A DNA stretch of 64,000 nt from Lingula anatina (Eukaryota; Animalia; Brachiopoda), in contig CM120648.1 of assembly GCA_051362555.1 (NCBI GenBank), positions 3,964,587 to 4,028,586 of the forward strand. Direction: 5' to 3'. The notes under the pieces were generated by a model. The model was not told the DNA's origin and ran no database searches. It saw only the letters and a program-made list of their open reading frames with translations. Made by a program: the position numbers and the translations under genes. Shown piece by piece: positions 53,587-64,000 of this stretch. Position 1 is the first letter of the stretch. Every line of letters starts with the position of its first letter.

Positions 53587-55037
53587 TGCGCAGTTCTGAA
53601 CGGCCACATAAACTAACCTTGAAATATCTGAAATTTGGACCTGTACCTGCCTGCGTATCGGTCTCAGATGCAGACGCGTAAGAAGTTCATTATAAGTGTG
53701 TGTGTGTGTGTGTGTGTGCGTGTGTGTTTGCCGTAGGTGGGTGGGGGATGACCATTCCAAAAAAAAAAAAAAATTGCCAGAATTTAGGATTCCCCTGAGA
53801 GAGAGAGAGAGCGAGAGAGAGCGAGATTCTTCATAATTGGTTAAAATGTTAATTATTTTGTGATATCTGTAATCGTTTTCCGAACACTTTGGTTAACATG
53901 AAAAATTAAGAAAATAAATTATGAAAAAGACATTTAATCTGTTATGTCATTATTTTATAAAGGCACAAACACGATGGATACTAGAATAAAATCTCCATAA
54001 TTTTATAATAGTTTTAATAAAACCAGTTAAAACCAATATTCACGTACTGAATAACAAACAACTGTAACAGTATAACAAAACTAATGTGTATTCATAAATG
54101 ACTTCAACACGTACAATGTATAATATGGACGGTTCGTAACATGCAGCATTCATTTTTAAAATTTATATTTGTAATATATATTTATTATGAAGAAATTATA
54201 CTCTACAATAAAGTTTTAATAAATATCTAATTAATTTAATAAATATCTAAAGGTGTGGAAGATATATACGCGGTATTGCATTTATTTACCACGGCTTTCG
54301 TCACTATCGATTATTGGCACAGTACTTCAAAAAATTCTTTGGCTATTTACGTTTGACTATGGTTACGTTCTTGTCTGTCCTCAATGCCTTTAAAAAACCT
54401 TCTGATATAAAATTTAGGCCTTTTCCACACCAAACGGTACTCTTTTAACCTTAGTTAAAACTAAAAAACACTCGCTACACTGTTTCACAAGTGCACTTCC
54501 TGCTGTAAATTAATATTGGCCCTTCAAACGGGAGGGGGAGGGGAGGGGAGGGGAGGGAGGGACACTCTTATGTAACAGCGTGGCCATTAAGTTGTCAATC
54601 TCTCAGAGTGGACTGGTCCAGATAACTGTACCGCTAAATGTGAAAAGGATTTTAATCCTTGTGGGAACCAGGCGTTAGTAAATCTCTGACCACAGGTTAC
54701 GCTAAAAGTCTGTTACACAATTATTGTATAATATGACTTTATTAAAGGGATAATAACTCTTCATTTTGGCCATAAAATGATTTTTCCCGGTGTACAAAAA
54801 TTTTCCTGTACTTACCAATGGTTAATGAATCCATTTTTACATTCAAAGTTAGTCCCTGATTTTTTTCTAAAAAGTTTGGTTTTTTGTTAAAATCTCTTAA
54901 GAGATTATAACAGAGTATAGCCATCAATGGAGGTCATGTGGTCTGAAGACAAGCTCAGATATCAGAATAATAGCTTTAACTGCTGTTTTTGTTGTAAAAA
55001 AGAATATATTATATTTCTATGAGTTATTCACAATGTT

Positions 55038-55043
55038 TTTATT
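55038..55043 (-). terminator. Candidate poly(A) signal of the TRIM gene
   Basis: AATAAA on the - strand about 95 nt after the TGA. Confidence 0.45.
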
Positions 55044-55135
55044 GTGAAATATAGACCTCATACGAAGAGTTATTATCCCTTTAAATTTTGTATACTATTT
55101 CAGAGGCCCCCTGATATCAGAGGGAAAGGAGTCAG

Positions 55136-58100
55136 TCATGATGAAGAGCCCTGTGTTCTTAACACCACTTTATTAGACAGCTGTGCCTCCCCACTTGAGT
55201 TACACGCCAGTACCACAAACTCATACGGCTTATCCTGCTCTAACCCAAACACCCTGTGGTCCAGGCAAGCATAGAGCGGAGTGCTTCTCCATAAGGTGTT
55301 GCTTTCGGCCTCCCTGTGGAGAAGGTAAAAATTCACCGTGGGACTCGGGGTGGCGACCTGGCTGCTGCAGTAGATCTGGATGGAGGACATGTATGTGTGA
55401 CAGTTGTCTGGAACAATTTCTGGAACTGAAATAAGATGAAGATAAATGAATATATTATGATACAATACGTGGAGCAAGATGTTAACCTGTGCATTTTTTT
55501 CCCCGTTTTGGTTGTTTGTGTTAAATTTTCTATTTGCAAGTTATGTTTATTTACATGTATGACTCTAACTATTTTATATTACAGTAAGCAATACCATGCC
55601 TTCTTTCCATCTTTCTTTCCTTTTTCCTTTCATTTTTACTCTATTTCTCAAATATATATAAATATATACACACACACGCAATTCACAAACTCCAACAAAT
55701 CTTACCAATCAACTTTTCTTGCTCCTCTTCCAGTGTTGTACAGTTCACCACCTCCGAATTGGCGCTCTCCCCAGCTGCGTTAAACCCACGCACACAGAAG
55801 AAGTATTTGGTGCCATTTTCCAGGTTTTCTATCATCAGCACCACTGCGTTCCCTGTTGTGGTGACGGTGCCATACCGAGGTTCTTCACTTTGTGTGGAGA
55901 AAGTGGTGACACTCTGTATTGAAAAGGGAATAAAAAGTGGTGAATCTATTCCAAAACAACATGGCATTTTATTATGTAAGACCATTGGGAAATGTTTAAA
56001 AAAATCATGCAGGATTTTTCTTTGTAAATTATTTCCTATTCAGGTTATGCATTATTAAGTAATACCATTCTTCAAGAAAGATACATTTTTCAAAATTTGG
56101 TTATTATTTGCATTACACTGAATTCCCTTTGTCCGCATTTTTCTGTTTCTCTCTCAATTTTTTTTTTGTCTGTTTGAATTAGTTATTTAGCAGATCCTGT
56201 GGTTAGCCAATTTGAATTAAAATAAAATTTTTGTGAAGCAGGACCTAAGCCAAGGTATCAGCAAAGCTACAGTACTTGAAAATGTCATTTCAAATTATAC
56301 CTGGTTTGCAAAAGCACGTGCTCTTCTATACCTGTGGACCTATGGCAAGAAAAGTAAAAATAAAGCCATACATGTAACACAATTTATATCCAGTATACAC
56401 AAACGTAGCATACGCATACAATGTAGCACAGTTACATTCGTTGGTTAAATCCAGAGCGAGTTTCAGGGTACTGACGGTGACTTTTCTTAACAACCTACAC
56501 ACTCTCCATCTCCCAAATTTCACAGTGCTGACAGTGACTCTCCTCCACCCATCGCCATGATTCCATAGGTGAAAAGAAGCCTCTTTGACTCTATTCTACC
56601 CAAACATACCTTTTGCATGAGCGATTTGGAAACATCTAGCCTACATTGGTATGTAGAAAAGGAATTAACGAAATAAAAGTTTCCAATACCTGGCAACTAC
56701 AGGTGAATAAGTAGAAATCTTTCTGGATTGTCTGGATTAAAAATTATTTTTTCAATTTAAACTCAACATTTGATCGAACTTAATCCATTAAACAGCAAGC
56801 ACATCTCTATTTGTCTAAACTACATTGTATTAATTTTGTTCTTTTGGCAACATTAATCACTATTGTTTTGCTCCAATGAATAATATAACTACTGTTATTG
56901 ACAAAATTACACTGACATGCAATATGAATGTAGTTCTTTTCACTAAGGGAGGGAGCAAATAAATAAATAAATAAATAAATAAATGAATAAATAAATAAAT
57001 AAATACATGGCTGCAACTAATTCCAGGCATACAGAGTAAAGCATGAGCCTTCTGGATATTTTTGTAAAATGTTGCTTAGGATGCATTCACATTGAAACTA
57101 TTGTAAACCATTGGAACTAACTCCACAGGGACTTTTGTTGAATACAATCCTATCGTTGAGAAGAAAACAGAAAACCTGGTGATTACATGAGTATCTTGGA
57201 ATGAAGAGGAGGCGTGTTAATCTGTTACCCTGATTCTAGAGGAGTTAGTTTGGAACACCCAGTATGGCAGTATCATTGTGAGGCACCCACAGTCCATTTC
57301 AATTATCAGAAGACTTAGCTAAAACGGCTTCTTGACTTGAAACAAGATCCCAATTGTACAATGAAGTGCAGACCAGTATACTTAACAAATAAGTGTACTG
57401 CAATCCACTTGCCATGCTATTTCATGCTGAAGAGATCTACTGCAATTACTCATAGTTTTTGTACAAATCACTTACTAGTAATCAAAATCTTTTCAGTAAG
57501 AAATTCAAAGAGTGTTAGCGTGTGTGTGTGTGTGTGTGTGTTTGGAGCAATGTGCATGCATGTATGTGGTTATATACATGTATATGTGGTTATGTGGTTA
57601 TATACACACACATACATATGGTTGGAGGGAGTTGTGCCTGAGCCTTTGTACTTATGTGTTTTATGTGAGTACAGATGCATGTCTCCATGCATTTATACAC
57701 ATGCACATGCTTGTGTACTCATATCAACACGACAAACCTGTGGGGTTTCTGTCTCCTCCCCCTCGGCACAATACAAGACATGGTAGCCGTCTACCACCTC
57801 GTAGCCAGAATTCTTAGACAGGACCAGTATAACACAGTTAGATGACCTGGAACACTTGGTCACATCTATAGCTGGGCTCTGGGGAGCTGAAATTAAATGG
57901 ATAACACTGGATATATCTATTACACATGTGATCATATCACTATATGTACCTGGGCTCTGTGGAGCTGAAATTAAATGGACAAAAATGGTTACATCTATGA
58001 AATTCTTTGGTTATATCTATCTATCTATCTATCTATCTACCTATAACTGGGCTCTTTGGAGTTGCTGGGCTCTGTGGCTGGAGCTGAAATAATATGAATA

Positions 58101-59030
58101 AAAAACTTTGTTATATCTATTATACACTTCATGGATCTATATTGACATGAAGGGCCTGCAGAGCTGAAAAAGCATCGATATAAAACATTTAAAATCAGAA
58201 TGGATGAATGCACATACATGTTAATACATATGCATGTGCATGCATAAGCACATCCTCACTAGCTGCTGTCATTAAGTGTCCTAACTGTCAAATACTGCAT
58301 GTCCTTCATGATGGCCTTTTGTTTTCTGAGGTCCAGGATTTTTGTCCTCATCTTCTCTGTCTCCACTGGGGGCATGTGAAGTTCCTCCACTCTGCCACAG
58401 CTCTTTATCAATCTAAATAAAATTCAGTAATCAGTCTCATGGGCAATGGGGATTCAGGAGTTGCCAAAGCACAACTTTTTAGGCTGGAAAATGATGTCCA
58501 TTTTGAACCAAAACTTGATCTACTAGTAGATTAATGTGCTATGCCTCAGTGTATCAACTGAGGGGTTAAAAGAAAAAAATTTTCAAGCCTGCACCCCTAC
58601 CCCCCACCCCCACCCCCCACCCCTTGTACATGTTCTAGACTTGATTGATTTCTGGAGCAGTCTGCATTAACACCCTGAAAATTAGGATGAGATAAAAAAA
58701 AAAACCTTACCTTTCATTTATTGTACCAGCTATCTGCAAGAACGACGCTGGATCTGTCTCCTTCATGACCAGCTTAGCATAGTGGACTAGGCTTTGAGAT
58801 TCAGCGGTCAGTTTTTTGTGGTCACTCACTGCTACCCTGACTGCAGCCACCTGGCCTTGCTCTTCTAGGTCAAGGTCAGAATGGAAAAAACGTCTTTTGG
58901 CTTCGATGAAAGCGATGAGAGAGTTACATTGTTCATCTATGTCTTGTCGCCGTCTTGCAGCTATTTCCTAGAAAAATGCATTAAATTTGCAATAAATCAA
59001 TATCAGTGGTAATGCAGTCTATCAATTTAC

Positions 59031-59103
<73 letters not shown>

Positions 59104-59849
59104 CATTATTTATAAAAAATGCACAGTGTTTTCTATCTGTAAAATAGGCAACATACATGCACAAGTGAAATGTAGACCAAAACTGGTTTTCCTGCACTTA
59201 ACTCTGTACAAACTATAATCCTAACAAAATATTCTATATTTCATTTAATAATTAAATTAACTTTTTATTTCTATCTGCTTAAATGCTTCAAGGAAAAATG
59301 AATCTGATAAACTGTTCATATCAAGCAAGGGGGGCTCCAATTAGTTGACTCTCTAATGTAATAGCCAGCCTGCATATTAAGATAATTATTTATCTCCCAA
59401 ATACTTCAGTATCAATATATGTATACAGCTCAGTGCAAAGTGGGGCCTGAAAGCCAAAGTATTCGTCATTACCTGATAAACCTTCAGTTGATCTTCCTCC
59501 GATTTCACTGCCTCGGCTGCAGCTTCCTGGCTACTCTCAGTGCTCTTCATACTCACTTCCAGACTAGACTGAAATACATATATATCCAATACTCAACATA
59601 CATTCTGGGAACTATTTCACAAAAAGTTGTAAACTATTAAGGCTTAGCTAAAAAGCTAAAATCAGGTAGTAAGAAATAATGCCGTAAAGTTTCTCTTTTA
59701 CAGATTTTACCTGACAATATGTAGTTGATACACAGTTTTCAGCCAGGTTGTTATTTTTCTTTGATCAAAGGTACTGGTAGCAGTGTATTGATAGCAATTC
59801 TATTTTAGGAAGATTCTCCACCCCCCTCCCTCTCTCTCTCACGCACACA

Positions 59850-59890
<41 letters not shown>

Positions 59891-61347
59891 AAACACACTT
59901 ACATACACAAATTGAGATAAAGAGAGATGGGGAAGGGGAGATGAGCTATTTTCAAGAATTGTTACTAAGCTCTAAGCACATGTACATGTACATGTACCAG
60001 TACATGTAAATATAACACTACTGTTCAAAGTCAGGTACATAAATTATGCAACTGATACAGATATCCTCGGAAATCATCTTTGTCTCAATTCTCCAGCATG
60101 CACATCCCCCCTCAAAAAAAAAAAAAAATTCTTTGGCATTTCACCAAAAAACCTGGTTGTTTTCTGTGATAACCAGTTAAATGCCAGGCCATATCAACAC
60201 CCAACAGGGAGTAGCACTCTATCTAGGCCACTACATAACTTGGCATTTAGACTGAGAGAACTAGAGAATTAGATACTGTAACAGCAAGGTTTACTGCACT
60301 CCCCACTCCACTATGATGTAGGTGCAGAATGGGATAACTTCACTTGGTATACATTAGTTCTCACCTGCTCATGGCTTTAAAACGTGAACGTACTTATGTA
60401 CTCTGTAGGCTATGCATATTATAAATAAGCTTTATATAATATCACCTTACCCTAAGTTCTTGAAAAGCTTCATCAACTGGCAACAAACGATGACCCTGGT
60501 GAACTCCAGCATGCACGCACACGGCGCATGCCAGCATCTTACAGCTCACACAATACGCATTGACCACTTCTCTGTGCTGAGTACACTGTATGACTTTTGG
60601 ACGCGGATTATGCGTGGGAGCCACTAAGGTATGCTGATTAAAAGGCTCCCTGTTTGGGTGAGTGATTTCCAAGCAATTGCTGCAATACGAGGCATTGCAG
60701 TCCATGCATGATTTCTTGGCTCGTCTTGCATGCTGACTGGTACAAAGTTGGCATGGAACGCCACCTATGGATGTGTTGCCTTCTCCATCATCGTCTTCAT
60801 CTTCAATGTCCTTCAGTTACAAAATGCAACAGTAGGCCATATACAGTATGCACGTTTTGGGGCATTACAAGCAAATAACAGCCACTGTGTCTATGCACAC
60901 AAGTCAATTTTTTAAATCAAATGAATTTCAAAATTTTCAAATACAAAGTTTTACATTTCCTATTATAAATAAATAATGAACGACAATTAATTAAATGTTA
61001 CTTGGCATCAACCTCCACTGAGCAAAACTTAATATCTTATAAAGCATTATATAAAACTATTAAAAATTAATTCATCAAAATAAATACTGGAGTTGACCCA
61101 TACTACAGACCTCTTCCTCCTGATATCTCTCTATGATATTCTCCAGAGAGATCACCCTGGGTAACACATCTATCCCTCCAGCCACATAACAGTTGTCCCT
61201 ACACACTGGACACCTGATGAAGTTCTGTTCAAATAACCTCTCAGCGCAGGGTGATCGACACAGTATGTGGGAGCAAGGGAGTATGACAGGACATGTGAAA
61301 AATTCCAGGCAAATCGGGCAATTTAGTTCCTCGAGCATGTTATCCAT
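55136..61347 (-). CDS. TRIM-family E3 ubiquitin ligase, RING-Bbox1-Bbox2-coiled coil-COS-FN3-FN3, about 588 aa; exons 61347-61111, 60810-60451, 59568-59473, 58967-58711, 58412-58286, 58083-58041, (57964-57950 optional), 57886-57738, 55913-55706, 55425-55136
   Basis: RING (CPIC...CSHILC..PC...CPVC); B-boxes CQLC/CMDC/CSNC/HP..H and CTQH/CVSC/CAVC/HQGH; 96-nt coiled-coil exon; KETDPASFLQ motif as in MID1/TRIM9/TRIM36-class proteins; two FN3 ends (NLENGTKYFFCVRGFNAAGES and GLEQDKPYEFVVLACNSSGE). Exon lengths sum to 1767 nt in frame. Confidence 0.9.
57870..58175 (-). repeat. Four tandem diverged copies of an intron-end/exon-start unit (tttcag|ctcc.cagagcccag) in the TRIM gene
   Basis: Copies with AG at about 58165, 58084, 57965 and 57887. 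Confidence 0.85.
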
Positions 61348-62190
61348 AATAATAATAATGTTGTCTTTCAGTATGAAAGAGCTGATTAATTTTTTCCAAA
61401 CTGAATGACCAATGATCAGGGACGGTCCAACAGTCTGAGGTTGAAGGTTCTATGGAAGGAGCAGTGACTTCTTCAAGATCTCTATCCTAAGGCTTGTGAA
61501 TGATTTAGATTTTAGTATAACTATTAGACTTATTAGTACATTGTAACCGACCTTTGTTTTTCTCAGCTTTTAAGGTGTGATCACTGGGTCCTGTAGCCAG
61601 ATTTTATTTTTGCTGGTGTGATGACCATACTCCACAATGTCCAAAGTGGCATATAATATCACTCAAGTTCTTTTCTATTGAAGTCAACACAATTGTATTC
61701 TGGACTTTGAAATAAAACTGGCAATCTGTATCAACTTCTTTAAAATCATTTATTTATTTTTTACATTGTTATTCTTTGACCAGCTTCTCCATGTAAGGAT
61801 GTTAGAATGAAATATACAAAATGCTCAAGTGCTGCATATTGATGATAAATTTCCTATTGTAAGTCCTCTTTATATCTGTTATTCCACACAAACATGTTTA
61901 TGTGATTTTCCCCATCTGCTATGAATTTGTTGAAAGCTTTGACCTCAAATGGTGAAAGATGTATCTGAAAAAAAAAAAAAAAAACATTTATAAGAATAGA
62001 ATCAGTACAAAAAGAACTATGAAAAACTTATCTCAGTAACTTTTTTGTTATTATAATTATATCAATTGTCATGCTGGGTTTGTCCTGACACTGACAGGAT
62101 AACTCTTATTTAAATAATACTATGATAATGAGAAAAATTAAATCTAATACTAGTACTGGATCTTACAATGAAAGGGAGATCACGATGTTT

Positions 62191-62410
62191 AGACCCCATT
62201 CCCATAGATTTTAGATCGATCTATCCCTGTGGGGAGTCTCACTAGATTACTGTCAGCTTAGTCGGCTTAAGTGTCTGTCGCCTACTAAAAGCTGTAAGAG
62301 GGTAATTAACTATGGTGCGCGCTCGGCTGACTGCAATTTAGTGTGAACCCCCAGGGAGTTAAGTTGATCTAAATCTCTGGATTGATCCAAATTTCTGGGA
62401 ATGCACCCTT
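62191..62410. mobile_element. Palindromic MITE (40469 family)
   Basis: ccccattcccatagattttagatcgatctatccctgtgggg mirrored by cccccagggag...gatctaaatctctg...ctgggaatgcaccc-tta. Confidence 0.7.
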
Positions 62411-63907
62411 AGATCTTATCAAAATTTTGAGTTGTCACCAGCATCACATCCAAATCATTCACTCATTTAAATGCATTCTTTTAGCTTGCAAAATGTTAAA
62501 GATTTTACCATTTTACCAGGTACAGTAAGCTGATATATACATATACATGTACTGCATTATGTCACTGCAACCTTTTTTTATTTTTAAAAAAATTTTTAAA
62601 AGGAGGGGGGGAGGGAGATCCCTTATATCTTTACAGCAACATCTTCCTCCTTTTTTCATTTTCTTTTATTTTTACTCCTGCATGCATCTCCAGAACAAAG
62701 ACACGTACCTTATGGCATCTTGCCACAAGGCACAAAATGCAGTGCATTTCAGAAGAAGGAACACTCAGGTGCTTCTGACTCACTCTCACACTGTTACCTG
62801 GGTATCCAGGAGCACCCTGCATAATGTAGGGTTCCTTTTTTTAGGAGACTGAGATTTTAGGAGAAGTTTCCAGAGCATGGTGTGACTTTGGGATCACTGT
62901 ATATGTCACTGTCCTAGAATATGGGGGTCAGGAATGAACGCCTGCTGCCAGAAATGCTACATGTACATTAGCAAATATCTCAAGCTATTTCAGATATTAG
63001 AATGTATGGCAGTTACTACTGTGGGTATATAGTGGTGGTGGTGGTGGTGGTGGGGGGGGGGGGGGGGGGGTAGTAGAAAGTCACAATACATCCGTGCATC
63101 CGCCATCAATTACAGAATGATGGAGAAATCTGAATATTTGTTGGGTTGAGGAGGATCACACTCAGCACTCTCAAACTCGGGATGTTGGAGGATGCACCAT
63201 GGTACTGGATAGAGGAGATGTTACAATCTACACTCTGAAGCTCAGGGTGTTATACTAACATCAATTTATATATGAGTATATGTACAAGCTGTGCTTAATG
63301 GCTGAAATACATTGTACATGTAATTCATATTGAACTGAAATAAAATAACGAATCAAATTAAAGGCAGTTCATTTGTATGCTACAAAAAATGCCCAGTCAA
63401 TTTACATTACTAAACACTTAATTACTGGTAGTAGGGCTGCTTGTGACATATTATAGTACGTATAGTGTCACATCTGTTGTATTGAGACTATAGAATCCAT
63501 GCATTATGGGATCCTATCTAGATGGACCTGAATGTGTGTGGATATGTTTATGCGTACTAGTGCATCAACTTGTCCCAGTTTATGTCATGTTGGGTGTACA
63601 CCACATTTTAGCTAACAAAGTCTGATTTTTCAATTTTACAGCTAATTAACGGCTAAATGAACTATAAAACATGGTTCAAAGGATTTTAAGACTAACATTG
63701 CGCCCCCCCCCCCCTTTTTTCCTCTACCCTTCATCTCAAAACCTTATTTTGGTACCTTCTACTAGGTTAACAGATTGATTCTTCACTAGATATTCACAGC
63801 TGTCTTTGGCTATTTCATCTCCAGAGAAACTGCGCACGATTAATCTGCGGCACTAGCAGGGGGTACGTAAATTATTTTTGCATGCATGTATCAGGGGGGC
63901 CGTGGCG

Positions 63908-63983
63908 ATAGTCCGAAGGTTCAATAGTCCGAAGGTTCATTGGTCCGAATGTTCACTATAGAACCTTCGGACCAATGAACCCT
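63908..63983. repeat. Three tandem 16-bp units (tagtccgaaggttcaa) followed by an inverted copy; probable non-autonomous element fragment
   Basis: atagtccgaaggttca twice, ttggtccgaatgttca, then gaaccttcggaccaatgaacc. Confidence 0.7.
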
Positions 63984-64000
63984 TGATTAAAAAAATCGAT

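Noticed and set aside
58675-58710. 36-nt GT-AG mini-intron giving a truncated TRIM ending RVLMQTAPEINQV*
   Set aside because: Probably too short to splice; the acceptor at 58413 continues into the COS box and fits far better.

Overview
AT-rich, microsatellite- and MITE-rich animal genomic DNA, most likely a marine invertebrate; the taxon cannot be fixed from sequence alone. Most ORF-track entries are spurious, and the real genes had to be rebuilt by hand from GT-AG sites and reading phase. The window contains: (1) four 3' exons of an uncharacterised + strand gene (1271-2697); (2) a - strand gene for an RTP-like 3CxxC zinc-finger protein with no transmembrane tail (core exons 14068-14212, 8440-8610, 7586-7750); (3) a 5'-truncated but uninterrupted L2/CR1-type LINE (about 45370-47245); and (4) a - strand TRIM gene, RING-Bbox1-Bbox2-CC-COS-FN3-FN3 with no SPRY (55136-61347). 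The main observation is that the apparently empty 38 kb between the RTP-like and TRIM genes looks like an array of alternative promoters and variable first exons (about 24.7, 29.9, 38.0, 41.4 and 52 kb, plus weaker candidates). These splice in frame onto splice acceptors hidden inside other first exons, which would give many different N-termini on one constant zinc-finger core. A second oddity is that the TRIM frame only closes through a small exon created by tandem duplication of an intron/exon junction. All splicing models are predictions and need RNA evidence.
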